Numbered from the stretch's first letter, positions 23,910 to 36,584 are shown. The stretch is DNA of 64,000 bases from Gammaproteobacteria bacterium (GCA_038142325.1 JAYQJW010000002.1:96001-160000); one strand, 5' to 3'. Notes: generated by a model from the letters alone, not told the origin. Numbers and translations are program-made.

Positions 23910-24455
23910 CTAAAATCTCAAAGTTTCTTGAGTAATTATATTCTTTATAGTTGATGATTTTTTTTCATCACCTAGCTTACCTTGCACGATACCATCAACT
24001 TTATTTTTAAAAATATTTTTAATTTTATTTATATCATTATCATAAGGTGTCTCTGACAAGTTTGCACTAGTAGATATTAAAGCTGTTTGCGACAGCTCAC
24101 ATAGCTTTGATACAGTTTTATGATTCGTAAGTCGTACAGCAATCATTTCATTTTTTATAAGCCATGATGGGCATCTCTCGTTATTTGGGACTAGCCATGT
24201 CGTGAAATCTTTATTAAGAAGCTGTTCGTTCTGGTAGAATTCATTGTGAATGATATCGATTAGATATTTAATATCTGGAGAGAGTATAATAAAGCTCTTC
24301 TCTTTACTTCGACCTTTTATCTTGAAGATATTCTCAACGCTGCTCTTATTAAGCGGATCACATCCTAACCCATAAATTCCCTCTGTGGGATAGATGATTA
24401 TACCTCCCTTTTTGATTATTTTAGCAGCTTCAGATTCAGTAAGTTCAGGTATCAT
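23910..24455 (-). CDS. tsaC: Threonylcarbamoyl-AMP synthase
   Basis: YPTEGIYGLGCDP, IKGR, IAVR, STSANLS. Confidence 0.93.
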   Translation of the reverse strand: MIPELTESEAAKIIKKGGIIIYPTEGIYGLGCDPLNKSSVENIFKIKGRSKEKSFIILSPDIKYLIDIIHNEFYQNEQLLNKDFTTWLVPNNERCPSWLIKNEMIAVRLTNHKTVSKLCELSQTALISTSANLSETPYDNDINKIKNIFKNKVDGIVQGKLGDEKKSSTIKNIITQETLRF

Positions 24456-26767
24456 CGTTTTGCACGCGATCTCCGTGCTCTACGCTTAGGTGCATTTTTT
24501 ATCATTTCAATGCAAGTATTTTCGTCAAGAGTCTTTGGCTCAATGTCTTTAGGCACACGAACATTTTTTTTACCATCTGTAACATATGGACCATATATTC
24601 CATTCAAAATTTTAATTCCTGTTGATTCAAAAATTTTTATTTCTCTATTAGCATCAATTTCTCTTTTCTCTTTAATCCGTGTGATAGCCTCATCTTGAGA
24701 TAATGAGAATATATCAACATCTTTCAGAGAGACATTCGTTTTTCCACAATTTACATATGGCCCAAATGGACCAATATTTATAAGAATATCATCACCTTCA
24801 AATTCTCCGATTTTCTCTGGGAGCTTGAAAAGCCGTATGGCATCATCAAGCGTAATTGCATCTATGTTTTTTTTCTGTTCAGGAGTTAGTGCAGCCCATT
24901 TAGGTTTTTCTTCATCTTCTTTTGTTCCCATCTGAATAGTTGGGCCATATCTAGTCAAACGAACTGTTACTGGTCTATTTGTTTCAGGATGTACGCCTAG
25001 ATCCTTAAGTTCTCTTTGTTCTGAAATATCAACAGTTTTAATTTTATCATCAAGATTAATTTTGAATGGTTTGTATGTGCTTTCAACACAATCCATGTAT
25101 TCCTTTTCGCCACTTGCTATTCTATCTAAATCTTCTTCAAGTCTTGCTGTAAAATCATAATCTACTAAATCAGTTTTGAAGTGATTGATGAGAGTATCAT
25201 ATACTACTTTAGCTAGGGCTGTAGGTTGGAAGTTACTTTTATCTGGGTCAACATAGTTACTTTCCATTATTTTATTGATGATGGTGACGTATGTTGATGG
25301 TCGTCCAATCCCTAGTTCTTCTAATGCTTGTATGAGACTTGCTTGGTTATATCTGGGCGGGGGTTGTGTAAACTTCTGCTCTGTCTTAACAGAGCTTATT
25401 TTAAGTTCATCATTAGTTTTAAGGCTTTCAAGTACTTTTTTATTTTCTTTTTCCTTTTCATCATTATCACTAAAACTATAGACTTCCTTGTAACCTGAAA
25501 ACTCTAAATATGATCCTGAATATCTAAATGTAAAGTCATCACCGGTAGCAAGACTAACAGAAACAGTTTTGCTAATCGAATCCTTCATTTGAGATGCCAG
25601 TGTTCTTCTCCATATTAAATCGTAGAGTTTATAATCATTACTCTCTAAAAATTTTTTGATTTTTTCTGGTGAATTAGACATAGATGTTGGTCTAATCGCT
25701 TCATGTGCTTCTTGTGCATTTTTAGTTTTACCTTTATATACTCTAGTCTCATCTGCTGCTAACCCAACAAAGTTTTTGTTCAAATACTGAGATATGTCAT
25801 CTAGAGCATCCTTTGATAAATTTGTGGAATCAGTTCTCATATAACTTATTAGGCCTACTGGTTGACCTGACCCAATATCAATTCCTTGATATAATCTTTG
25901 AGCTATTGCAGATGTTTGTTTAACAGACAAACCAAGGCTTGTATAAGCTGTTTGCTGAAGCGAGGCTGTAGTAAATGGCGCTCTTGGTTTAGTTTTTCTT
26001 TGTCCATGTTTGATATTAGTGACTTTTACTTTATTGTATTTTTCTATGGATGCTTTAATTTCACTAGCACTGATACTGTCTTCTATCGTAGTTATATTAT
26101 CTTTCTTAATTTTTTTACCATTTACTTCAGATAACTCTATTTCAATTTCACTGTCATCGTTAGTAACATTTGCAAATACATTCCAATATTCCTGTGGTTC
26201 AAATTCATTTATCTTATTTTCTCTTTCTACAATTAATCGCAATGCTGGACTTTGTACTCTCCCTGCGCGGGCATGTCTACTTACTTTTTTCCATAGAAAT
26301 TCTGAAATGTCATAACCCATTAAGTAATCAAGAGTTCTTCTAGCTAAATACGCATCCCATAAATTAGTTGATATCGGCCTTGGTTTTTTAAGCGCCTCTG
26401 TAACTGCGTTTTTTGTAATCTCATTGAAGACAACTCTATGCGTTTCTTTTTCTTTAAGTATTTTTGCTTTGTCTAAAATGTCATATAAATGTTTGGAAAT
26501 AGCTTCGCCCTCACGATCAGGGTCAGTTGCAAAGTAGATAACCTCAGCATCTTTTGTAAATTTTTTTATGTCATCAATTACTGTTTTTTTATTACTTGAA
26601 ACCTTCCAAACGGGTTTAAATCCTTGCTCTACATCTATTCCCTTTCTAGCAGATGAAACTAAATCTCTAACATGACCAACTGATGCTATTACTTTAAAGT
26701 CAGGCCCAAGAAATTTCTCTATACTTTTAACTTTGGTCGGCGATTCAACAATCATCAGGTTTTTCAT
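24452..26767 (-). CDS. topA: DNA topoisomerase I with C-terminal Topo_C repeats instead of zinc ribbons
   Basis: IVESPTK, ATDPDREGEAI, GRVQS, ISYMRTDS, GIGRPSTY; C-terminal GPFGPYV/GIYGPYV repeats and a basic tail. Confidence 0.96.
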   Translation of the reverse strand: MKNLMIVESPTKVKSIEKFLGPDFKVIASVGHVRDLVSSARKGIDVEQGFKPVWKVSSNKKTVIDDIKKFTKDAEVIYFATDPDREGEAISKHLYDILDKAKILKEKETHRVVFNEITKNAVTEALKKPRPISTNLWDAYLARRTLDYLMGYDISEFLWKKVSRHARAGRVQSPALRLIVERENKINEFEPQEYWNVFANVTNDDSEIEIELSEVNGKKIKKDNITTIEDSISASEIKASIEKYNKVKVTNIKHGQRKTKPRAPFTTASLQQTAYTSLGLSVKQTSAIAQRLYQGIDIGSGQPVGLISYMRTDSTNLSKDALDDISQYLNKNFVGLAADETRVYKGKTKNAQEAHEAIRPTSMSNSPEKIKKFLESNDYKLYDLIWRRTLASQMKDSISKTVSVSLATGDDFTFRYSGSYLEFSGYKEVYSFSDNDEKEKENKKVLESLKTNDELKISSVKTEQKFTQPPPRYNQASLIQALEELGIGRPSTYVTIINKIMESNYVDPDKSNFQPTALAKVVYDTLINHFKTDLVDYDFTARLEEDLDRIASGEKEYMDCVESTYKPFKINLDDKIKTVDISEQRELKDLGVHPETNRPVTVRLTRYGPTIQMGTKEDEEKPKWAALTPEQKKNIDAITLDDAIRLFKLPEKIGEFEGDDILINIGPFGPYVNCGKTNVSLKDVDIFSLSQDEAITRIKEKREIDANREIKIFESTGIKILNGIYGPYVTDGKKNVRVPKDIEPKTLDENTCIEMIKNAPKRRARRSRAKR

Positions 26768-26848
26768 ATGTATGCCTAGGCTTAATTATTCTGTTTTTTA
26801 CTTTATACTATCAAAGTAATAATAAGTACAAGATATTAGACTAAAAAA

Positions 26849-27382
26849 ATGAGTTTGAGAACAATACTACACTATCCAGATAATAGACTTAGACAGGTTT
26901 GCCCTGAGCATACAGAATATGACGAGAGCCTTAAACTTCTTGTATCTGATATGTTTGAGACCATGTATCATGAAAAAGGAATTGGCTTGTCAGCTATTCA
27001 AATCAATGTCATTACACGAGTAATAACGATTGATGTTTCAAAGGAAAGAAATGAGCAACTTGTACTCATAAATCCAATTATTACAGAGAAAAAAGACCCA
27101 ATTTTTTTTGATGAAGGATGCTTATCTGTTCCTGGGTTTTATGAGAAAGTCGAAAGATACAATTATATAACACTTGAGGCAAATGATGTGAATGGTAAAA
27201 AATTTTCCTTAGATGCTTCAGAATTATTAGCAGTTTGCATACAGCATGAAATAGACCATCTTGATGGTAAGCTTTTCGTGGATTACCTATCTGACATGAA
27301 AAGGTCGAAAATAGAGAAAGGACTTCTTAAACAGAATAATAAATCTGCTCTACACAGAAAAGAAAACCCATACCTAAAGTGA
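26849..27382 (+). CDS. def: Peptide deformylase
   Basis: GIGLSAIQ, EGCLSVP, QHEIDHLDG. Confidence 0.96.
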   Translation: MSLRTILHYPDNRLRQVCPEHTEYDESLKLLVSDMFETMYHEKGIGLSAIQINVITRVITIDVSKERNEQLVLINPIITEKKDPIFFDEGCLSVPGFYEKVERYNYITLEANDVNGKKFSLDASELLAVCIQHEIDHLDGKLFVDYLSDMKRSKIEKGLLKQNNKSALHRKENPYLK

Positions 27383-28323
27383 AAAAATTGAAGATTATTT
27401 TTTTCGGTAGCCCAAGCTATTCTGTTCCTTTATTAGACAGAATGATCAACTTAGGCCATGATGTTGAGCTTGTTGTATCACAAGGAACTAATAAGACAAG
27501 AAGAGGGAAGAGAGTTATTACTGCAATACATGAATATTGCCTTGATAACAATATTGATTGCATTACTCCATCAACATTTGATAGTGAAACATTTGAGATT
27601 ATAAAATCATCTCATGCAGACTTAGGCATGGTATATGCTTATGGCAAGTTAATTCCAGAGGATATTATCAATTCATTTAAACATGGAATAATAAATCTTC
27701 ATTGTTCTTTGCTGCCATCATATAGAGGTGCCGCACCTATTCAACATGCATTAATAAATGATGAAAAATTTACAGGCTTTACATTTTTTAAAATTGATGA
27801 AAAATTAGATGAAGGACAAATTCTGCTCAAAGAAAAATATGAAATAAAAGAGATAGATAACTGCTCCAGCATTCAAGAAAATTTAACCTTTCTAGCTACT
27901 GCTAAATTATCTGATGCTATTACTAAAATTATTAATAATGATTATTTAGCCTCTAATGAAAATATAAGAACATCATATGCCCGCAAAGTTTTAAAAGAAG
28001 ATAGTTTTTTTAGTTGGGAAGATGATGTTCGAATGATATTTAATAAAATTAGAGCCTATCATTTATGGCCAATTGCATCTACAGATCTTTTCAATGAGAA
28101 AATCAAAGTAATTGATGCAGATTATTTATCTGAGTCACACGGTTTACCATTTGGAAGGATAAAGGAGTTTTCTAAAAAAAATCTTGTAGTTACAGCAAAT
28201 GGCGGTTATCTGTCTATTAAAAAATTACAGCTTGAGGGGATGAGACCTATATCAAATGTGGATTTATTCAATGGTCATAGCAAATTTAGAGATAGATTAT
28301 TACTAGACTTAAGTGATAATTAA
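27379..28323 (+). CDS. fmt: Methionyl-tRNA formyltransferase
   Basis: IIFFGSP, AYGKLIP, INLHCSLLPSYRGAAPIQ, LDEG. Confidence 0.94.
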   Translation: MKKLKIIFFGSPSYSVPLLDRMINLGHDVELVVSQGTNKTRRGKRVITAIHEYCLDNNIDCITPSTFDSETFEIIKSSHADLGMVYAYGKLIPEDIINSFKHGIINLHCSLLPSYRGAAPIQHALINDEKFTGFTFFKIDEKLDEGQILLKEKYEIKEIDNCSSIQENLTFLATAKLSDAITKIINNDYLASNENIRTSYARKVLKEDSFFSWEDDVRMIFNKIRAYHLWPIASTDLFNEKIKVIDADYLSESHGLPFGRIKEFSKKNLVVTANGGYLSIKKLQLEGMRPISNVDLFNGHSKFRDRLLLDLSDN

Positions 28324-28381
28324 TACAAATTATTAACACTTCATATATTTATGATGTAGAATTGTCAGCAAAGCGAAACCC

Positions 28382-29751
28382 ATGAAAAAAATTGCAGTAT
28401 TAGGTGGAGGTCAAGTTGGCTCTTCTGTAGCTAAAATTCTCACTGATGATGGTAATGACATTACTCTAGTTGATAGCAACGCATCTGTCCTAGAGGCTCT
28501 TCAAGATGACAATGACATTAAAACAATACAAGGCAATGCATCATCACCATCAGTTCTAAAACAAGCTGAGATCGAGGATTGTGATATATTGATTGCCACA
28601 ACAGCAAATGATGAAGTTAATTTAGTATCTTGCCACTTAGCTAAAAATCTCTTCAATGTTCCAAATGTAATTGCCAGGCTGAGAAATGCTGAATACCAAA
28701 CAAAAACTTCTGATTTTAATCTTGACTTATTCTCAATTGATTCTGTAATAAGTCCTAGTCAGCTTGTAACAGATTTTATTAAAAATATTATAGAGCATCC
28801 TGGGGCATTCCAGGCATTTGAATTCGCTGACGGTAAGCTCCAGGTTATAGGTGCGACTGTTTTAAAAGATGGCCCATTAGCTGGAAGGAAACTCTCTGAA
28901 TTTAAAAAACACATGCCTAATGTATCTGTCAATGTCATTGCTATATATCGTAATAGAAAAATAGTACCCGCTGAAGGCTCTACAATTATTCAAGAAGGCG
29001 ATGATGTTTTTTTTCTTGCTACTGAAGAGAACATGAGATTCATGAGTGAGCTAGGTAAAAATCAATCTCGCGTCGAAAATATTATGATTGCCGGTGGAGG
29101 AAATGTTGGAATTATCCTTGCTGAAAAGTTATCGGAAAAGTATTCTACAAAATTAATAGAAAAAGATTCTGCACGTAGTAAATATCTCTCTGAACGACTA
29201 GAGCATGTAGTTGTTCTTAATGATGACATATCTGATGAGTCTCTTCTTAACAATGAGGGGATAGCAGATGTGGACTATTTTTGTACTGTCACAAATGATG
29301 ATCAGATGAATATTCTATCAGCAAAACTCGCAAAAGATCTTGGTGCAAAAAAGTCAATAGCAATAATTAATAAAGCTTCTTATAGAAAATTAGTATCAAA
29401 AGAAATAGATGTTGTTGTATCACCTGAAGATGTAACGATTGGATCGCTATTAGCTTCGGTTAGAACTAGTGACGTTGTTAAAGTTCATTCACTAGGCTTC
29501 GGTGATGCTGAAATATTTGAAGTAATAATTCACGGTGATCAGAATACATCAAAAGTCGTCGGTAAAAAATTTCTCAGCTAAATCTCCCATCAGGCTGTAA
29601 AATAGGTGCAGTTTATAGAGGCTTAGATGTAATAATGCATGATGATAATTTAGTGATAAAATCTGAGGATAGATTGATAATTTTTCTTCACAAAAAACAA
29701 GATTTCCCTAAGTTAGCTAAATTGTTTCAAGTTGGCATCGGTTTCTTTTAA
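28382..29751 (+). CDS. trkA: Trk system K+ transport protein TrkA (frameshift ~29565)
   Basis: Two RCK domains (LGGGQVG; IAGGGNVG); the alternate frame continues LNLPSGCKIGAV...LFQVGIGFF* at 29751. Confidence 0.93.
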
Positions 29752-31192
29752 ATGAACTACTATCAGATTCTCAAGATAACAGGAATTATTTTACTGATTT
29801 TCAGTTTCTTTTTATTACTTCCAATTGCTGCATCAATGTTTTATGAGGAAAATATTAATCCATTTTATATATTCTTTTCTTATCATTTTCTTGTTTGGAT
29901 TGCTGAGTTATTTGCCAAATAAAGATCAAAAAACACAAATTAAGGTTAGAGAGGGATTTTTTATTGTCGCGCTTTTTTGGTTCATTCTTAGTTTCTTTGG
30001 TTCACTTCCATTTTTCATGGATGAAAGCCTTAATTTAAGTTTCGTAGATGCAGTTTTTGAATCAACATCCGGATGGACTACTACTGGTGCAACTATAATA
30101 ACTAATATAGATGATCTTAATAAGCCGTTATTATTATATCGACAACTTTTACAATGGCTTGGTGGCATAGGTATAGTTGTACTAGTTCTAGCAATACTGC
30201 CAATTCTTGGCGTTGGAGGTATGTACTTATATAAAGCAGAGTCATCTTCACCTATAAAAGATAATAAATTATCCCCAAGAATCACAGAAACAGCAAAAAG
30301 TTTATGGAGCGTTTATATTCTTTTAACTATTACATGTGCAGTTATGTATAAGTTTGCAGGGATGAATTATTTTGATGCTGTTGGCCATAGCTTTTCAACA
30401 GTTTCTATTGGTGGATTTTCTACACACAATTCAAGCATTGGTTTTTACTCTAATGATCTAATAAAAATTATTTGTATCTTATTTATGTTTTTATCTGCTT
30501 TAAACTTTGTACTACATTTTTTATTTTTTAAAAATAGATCGCTTACAACGTATACAGCTAATTCAGAATTTAAAACTTTTGTCTCAATTATAATAATTTT
30601 GTTTGTTCTCATCTTTATATTCTCTTTGAATGGTAAACTAGAATCTATAAGTAATATTGATATTATTTTTCAAGTATTTTCCTTTGTAACAACATCTGGA
30701 TTCACAACATCTAATTACAGTCTGTGGCCTAGTTTTATAATCCTACTTATTTTCTTATCAAGTTTCATAGGTGCTTGTGCTGGATCAGCTGGAGGAGGAA
30801 TGAAAGTTATCAGACTTACTATTGCATTAAAATCAATAAAAAAACAACTTCTCAGGGTTATTCACCCTAAAGCTGAAATAACGATAAAAGTAAATCACAA
30901 AAAGGTAGATGATACGACCGTAGAAACGATATTGTCGTTTATAATTTTATATGTAGTGGTATTCTTCATTTCTTCTATATTGATTATGGTATCTGGCCAT
31001 GATTTTGTTACATCATTTTCATCTGCTGCTGCATGTATTAATAATCTTGGACCAGCATTAGGTGATGCTTACGGTAATTATGCATCATTAAACAGTTTTT
31101 CAAAGCTACTGCTTTCACTGATTATGATAGTAGGCAGGCTTGAGATATACACATTTATTATTTTAATTACAAGATATTTTTGGAAGTATTAG
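29752..31192 (+). CDS. trkH: Trk system membrane protein TrkH (frameshift ~29863)
   Basis: ATG 29752 MNYYQILKITG...; FESTSGWTTTGAT, QWLGGIG, SIGGFS, GACAGSAGGGMK, NNLGP, GRLE. Confidence 0.93.
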
Positions 31193-31195
31193 AAT

Positions 31196-32171
31196 ATGAG
31201 TAAAGCATTTATATCAAAAAATAATCCATTTAATGAGGATCCAGCAGTTGGTGAACGCTTCTCTTATTCATACCTTCTTCCTAAATATTGGATTAGCTGG
31301 ATATTAATTTTTTTATCATTTCCTCTTGCGTACTTACCAAAGATCATCAGATCATTTCTTGGATCAATTTTAGGAAAGATATTATTTCAAATTAATACTT
31401 CAAAAAAAGAAATTGTTAAAATTAATTTAAAAAAAACATTTAAGAACTTGAATGATAATGATTTAGAGAGATACTCAGTTAAATTTTTCAAATATCTTGG
31501 ACATATTTATTTGTGTCTACCATTATTGTGGTGGAGATCTGATTCATATCTTCAAACAATGATACATAAAGACGGTACACAACATGTTGATGATATTTTA
31601 AATAACAACCAAAGTGTTATTTTGCTAGCTCCGCATACCTTATCGCTTGATTTTGGAGGAAGGGCTCTGTCTCAATATAATTTACTCAGCATTTATAAAC
31701 CTTTCAAAAACAAATTAATGAATTGGTTTATAGGTAAATCTAGAAGTAAATTATCGGATAAAGTAATTGTTTATCCAAGACATGGTAGTAGTATAAAAAA
31801 TATTATTAAAAAAATGAGGCAACCATCAGTTTTATATCTTCTTGCTGATGAAGACATTAGTAGAGATGATTCAATATTTTGTGATTTTTTTGATGCTAAA
31901 AAAGCTGTACTTAAATCCATTAGTAAGCTTTCTCGGTTGACTAACTCAAAAGTGCTTCCCTGTGTATGTAACTATAATTTAGATTCACAAGATTTCTATT
32001 TTAAAATATTTCCATCTATAGAGAATTTCCCATCAGAAAATATTGTCGATGATTGTTCTAAAAATAAATCGCGTTCTTGAGAAACAAATACTTGAAGATA
32101 AATTACAATATATGTGGACTTTACGTATTTATAAACATCAACCAGATTCTACTGATATATATAAAATATAA
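31196..32171 (+). CDS. Lipid A late acyltransferase (LpxL/LpxM family; frameshift ~32060)
   Basis: PKYWISW, HTLSLD (HX4D), LADED, FFDAK; the alternate frame ends QYMWTLRIYK...*. Confidence 0.85.
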
Positions 32172-32176
32172 TTACA

Positions 32177-33109
32177 ATGACATATTATGAGATAAAAGAG
32201 CCTACTAAAACTCACTATTTGAAAGTTAGCGACCTACACAAAATTTATGTAGAGGAGTATGGTAATCCTGATGGAATTCCAATGTTATTTCTTCATGGTG
32301 GTCCAGGAGCTGGTTCCTCACCGATATATCAAAAATACTTTAATCCAAAAAAGTATCATTTGATTATGTTTGATCAAAGAGGTTGCGGTAAATCTATTCC
32401 TTATGGTGAGATAAGTGAGAATACGTCTGATGACTTAATCTCAGATATTAATTTGATTTTGGATTACTTTTCAATTGATAAAACTCATGTTTATGGCGGG
32501 TCATGGGGATCAACTCTAGCCTTACTGTACGCAGAAGCTAATCCATCTAAAGTTTTGTCTTTAGTTTTGAGAGGTGTATTTTTATGTCGTAAAAAAGATA
32601 TTCATTGGTTTTATCAAGAAGGCGCATCACAGATTTATCCTCAATATTGGAAAGAATACGTATCTTTAATAAATCATGAGGATGTTGATAATATTCTAGC
32701 GGCATATCACAAAATGATACATTCTAAAGATTTAGATGTATCAAAAAGAGCTTGTAAGGAATGGTCATTGTGGGAAGGTAGATCCTCATGTTTACTCCCA
32801 TCAGATGAGGTAATTTCTGCTTTTGATGAGTGCTCAATATCATTAGCTAAAATTGAATCACATTTTTTTATTAATGATTGTTTTATCGAAGAAAATCAAA
32901 TTATTAAAAATGTTTCGAAAATACAAGATATCCCTTGCAGGATAGTTCATGGACAATATGATATTGTTTGTCCAATTGAACAAGCATATGAATTGCACAC
33001 AAACTACACTAATTCAGAATTAATAATAGCCAAAGACTGTGGACATTCAGTACTTGAGCCTAACATTAGTTTAGAATTACTGAATATTTTTGACAATGCT
33101 ATTTCATAG
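32177..33109 (+). CDS. pip: Proline iminopeptidase
   Basis: FLHGGPG, FDQRGCGKS, GGSWGSTL, LRGVFL, HGQYDIVCP, GHS. Confidence 0.94.
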   Translation: MTYYEIKEPTKTHYLKVSDLHKIYVEEYGNPDGIPMLFLHGGPGAGSSPIYQKYFNPKKYHLIMFDQRGCGKSIPYGEISENTSDDLISDINLILDYFSIDKTHVYGGSWGSTLALLYAEANPSKVLSLVLRGVFLCRKKDIHWFYQEGASQIYPQYWKEYVSLINHEDVDNILAAYHKMIHSKDLDVSKRACKEWSLWEGRSSCLLPSDEVISAFDECSISLAKIESHFFINDCFIEENQIIKNVSKIQDIPCRIVHGQYDIVCPIEQAYELHTNYTNSELIIAKDCGHSVLEPNISLELLNIFDNAIS

Positions 33110-33865
33110 AGCTATTGCTATAACAGGAATATTATATCTCTCTTTGGTTTCAGCATCAGATCTTAGGCAACCAGACTATGAAAGAGAGTCGTTAATTTAT
33201 AATCAAAACTTAACTGACATATTTGATGGCGAGATACAGTTCATAGATTATGAATTTGGCAGATTTCCAGTTATTGAGATTGCTGGCAGTAAAAAAACAG
33301 CTATCCTATATTTACATGGAAGAGGATTAAGTCCAAATGATTATAATCTTGCGTATCCTATTAGAACGCAGCTAAGCGATGCTTACAATACCTTCAGCAT
33401 CCAATTACCTGTTCTTGCAAAAGGAGCTAAATATTATGATTACCTAGAAATATTTTATGATTCTGACCAGAGAATCAAAAGTTCTTTAGAATATATCCAA
33501 AAAAAACATGATAATCTGATAATTATTGCTCACAGTTGTGGAGTTCATATGCTCATGTCATATATTGATAAGTATAATCTTATATCTGGAATCAAGTTAT
33601 TGGTATTAATTGGTAGTGGAGCTGTTGATAAAGGACAAAGCATGCCTAATGAATATCCCTATAAAAAAATTAATATACCAATATTAGATATTTACGGCGA
33701 ATATGATTTTAATTTAGTAATAAAAGAAGCTAATAATCGTTATAAAAATATAAAAAAATATCATCGCTATCTGAACAATATGAAATAAAGTCGTCAAGCC
33801 ATTATCATGAAGATGGTGCAGATAGAATTATTGAAATAGTAAAGAAATGGCTAAGTGATAAATAA
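33090..33865 (+). CDS. Exported alpha/beta-hydrolase-fold protein, DUF3530-like (frameshift ~33752)
   Basis: Signal-peptide-like N-term, DYERE, LHGRG, TFSIQLP, IAHSCG, PILDIYGEYD; the alternate frame ends ...HYHEDG...KWLSDK*. Confidence 0.7.
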
Positions 33866-33876
33866 TATAATAATAT

Positions 33877-34470
33877 ATGCCCATGAGAAAAATTAACGAA
33901 CATCGTAAAACAAAAGAAACTGATATCAATTTATCGTTAAATCTAGATGGGTCAGGGATAAGTAAATTACAAGCCAATCTTCCCTTTTTAGAGCATATGC
34001 TTGATCAGACTACTAGATATTCATCGATAGACTTAGATCTTAACGCTAAAGGAGATCTGGAAATTGATGCTCATCATACAGTAGAAGATATTGGTATAAC
34101 ACTTGGAGCGGCTTTTGAAAAAGCTTTAGGTGATAAAAAAGGAATACAGAGATTTGGTTATGCATACGTACCTTTAGATGAATCACTATCACGTGTTGTA
34201 ATTGATTTTTCTGGGAGACCTGGATTGATATACAATGTTACTTATCCAAGAGCACGTGTAGGTGAATTTGATGTAGAACTTCTAAGTGAATTTTTTCATG
34301 GTTTTGCTAATCATGCAAAATCAACTATTCATATTGATAATATTAGAGGTAAAAATGCGCACCATATTGCTGAAACAATATTTAAGGCTTTTGGCAAAGC
34401 TCTGAAGATGGCAATAGCTATAGATCAAAATAATATTGATAAAATTCCATCTACCAAAGAATTTCTTTGA
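33877..34470 (+). CDS. hisB: Imidazoleglycerol-phosphate dehydratase
   Basis: [33 protein letters not shown]. Confidence 0.96.
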   Translation: MPMRKINEHRKTKETDINLSLNLDGSGISKLQANLPFLEHMLDQTTRYSSIDLDLNAKGDLEIDAHHTVEDIGITLGAAFEKALGDKKGIQRFGYAYVPLDESLSRVVIDFSGRPGLIYNVTYPRARVGEFDVELLSEFFHGFANHAKSTIHIDNIRGKNAHHIAETIFKAFGKALKMAIAIDQNNIDKIPSTKEFL

Positions 34471-35102
34471 TGAATAAAATAGCTGTAATAGATTATGGAA
34501 TGAGTAATCTACATAGTGTAGTCAAAGCTTTTCAAAAAGTTGTTGATAAGAACTACAGCGTATATGTTGCAAATTCTGAAGAGAAGCTGAATAAAGCTTC
34601 CGTGGTCATACTTCCGGGCCAAGGTGCGGTTAAATCGTGCATTGATAGTTTAGCAATTAATTTTCCAAATCTGATTAACACCATATCAAATAAGCCGTTT
34701 TTTGGAATTTGCCTTGGTTTTCAGATTTTGTTTGATAAATCTTTTGAAGATGACGGTGTTGACTGCTTGTCTATTATTAAAGGGGAAGTTAAGTGTTTCT
34801 CTAGTGAAATTAAAAAGAATCTTAAGGTGCCTCACATGGGGTGGAATCAAATTACCCATAATAGTGATCATTTAATATGGCAAAACATACCCAATGAAAC
34901 CTTCTTTTACTTTGTTCATAGTTATTTTGCACAAGCGTGTAACAAAGATGATATATCATCGGTAACTAAATATGATATTCCATTTACGTCATCAGTTACA
35001 AAAGAAAATATTTTTGCATGTCAATTCCACCCAGAGAAAAGTTCTAAATATGGATTAAAACTTATAGAAAACTTTATTAAATGGTCAGAGGTTGAATTGT
35101 GA
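34467..35102 (+). CDS. hisH: IGP synthase glutaminase subunit
   Basis: DYGMSNL, LPGQG, GICLG, VPHMGWN, YFVHS, QFHPEKS. Confidence 0.96.
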   Translation: MMNKIAVIDYGMSNLHSVVKAFQKVVDKNYSVYVANSEEKLNKASVVILPGQGAVKSCIDSLAINFPNLINTISNKPFFGICLGFQILFDKSFEDDGVDCLSIIKGEVKCFSSEIKKNLKVPHMGWNQITHNSDHLIWQNIPNETFFYFVHSYFAQACNKDDISSVTKYDIPFTSSVTKENIFACQFHPEKSSKYGLKLIENFIKWSEVEL

Positions 35103-35824
35103 TCATTTATCCAGCAATTGATATCATTGACGGAAAATGTGTTCGATTATCCCGAGGAGATTATTCAAACAAAACAATCTACTCTGATAATCTTGAGGAA
35201 ATAGCAAGAGACTGGATTGTTAAAGGCACCAATCAACTTCATCTAGTAGATTTAGACGGTGCTAAAGAAGGTTTACCCACTAACAAAAATAAAATAATGA
35301 ATTTAAGGGATATGTTTCCTGAGATATTCATACAAGTTGGAGGAGGAATCAGAGATAACCAGTCTATTGAGTATTATTTAGAAAATGGGATCAATAGAGT
35401 TATTCTTGGTACAAAGATACTTAAAGATAAGGATTTTATTTTTTCAATTGATGCATCACTAAGAAAAAAAATTGCGATAGATATTGCCATAAAAGATGGA
35501 CAGCTTGCTGGTGATGGATGGGAAAATACTCAAAATGAGGAAATTTCTGAGTACATAAAGTTTCTTGAAGGAAATGGTATTGAAGTTTTTATAATTACTG
35601 ACATCAAGAAGGACGGAATGATGCAAGGAATTGATTATGCATCAATAATTGATGTCCTGAGTCATGTTAATACTAAAGCAATAATTTCAGGTGGCGTTAC
35701 CACCATAGATGATGTTCGTGCTATTTGTAAAATGGATAGAACCAAGGTTGATGGGATGATAATTGGAAAAGCATTATATGAGAAGTCAATAAATTTAGAT
35801 GAGGCCATAAATGAGTGTAGCTAA
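35099..35824 (+). CDS. hisA: ProFAR isomerase
   Basis: [36 protein letters not shown]. Confidence 0.95.
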   Translation: MIIYPAIDIIDGKCVRLSRGDYSNKTIYSDNLEEIARDWIVKGTNQLHLVDLDGAKEGLPTNKNKIMNLRDMFPEIFIQVGGGIRDNQSIEYYLENGINRVILGTKILKDKDFIFSIDASLRKKIAIDIAIKDGQLAGDGWENTQNEEISEYIKFLEGNGIEVFIITDIKKDGMMQGIDYASIIDVLSHVNTKAIISGGVTTIDDVRAICKMDRTKVDGMIIGKALYEKSINLDEAINECS

Positions 35825-36568
35825 GAGAATAATACCATGTCTAGTTGTTGATAAGGGTAGAGTAGTAAAAGGTGTTAATTTTGTCGATATTATAGATGCA
35901 GGCGACCCAGTTGAGATTGCTAGAGCCTATGATCAGGAAGGAGCTGATGAAATTACTTTTCTTGATATAACTGCTTCACATGAGGGTAGAAAAAATATTA
36001 TTAGCGTTGTTGAAAGCGTTGCTAATGAGGTATTTATCCCTCTTACGGTGGGTGGCGGTGTGAAAAACTTCATTGACGTAAGAGATTTATTGTCTGCTGG
36101 TGCTGATAAGATCACAATCAACACTGCAGCTGTCATGAATCCAGATTTAATAAACCAAGTTACAGATAAGATTGGTAGGCAATGTATTGTTGTTGCTGTA
36201 GATGTAAAAAAAAAATTAATGATGATTATTTTGTCTTCACGCACGGTGGAAGAAAACGAACTGATATCAAAGCTATAGATTGGTGTATTGAGTGCCAAGA
36301 AAGAGGTGCCGGAGGATTACTTGTTACGAGCATGGATAAAGATGGAACAAAATCTGGTTTCGACATTAATATTCTCAGTCAGATATCAAAAATCACAAAT
36401 ATACCTATTATTGCTTCTGGTGGAGCTGGCGATTTGAATCATTTTTACGATGCTATAGAATTAGGAAAAGTAGATGCTGTATTAGCTGCTAGCGTTTTTC
36501 ATTTCGGAGAGTATAGTATTCATCAGGTAAAAAATTTTCTTAAAGATAAAGGAATTTTTATGAGATGA
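35811..36568 (+). CDS. hisF: IGP synthase cyclase subunit (frameshift in A-run ~36205)
   Basis: [31 protein letters not shown]; second part [33 protein letters not shown]. Confidence 0.94.
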
Positions 36569-36584
36569 TACAGGATAAGATTAA

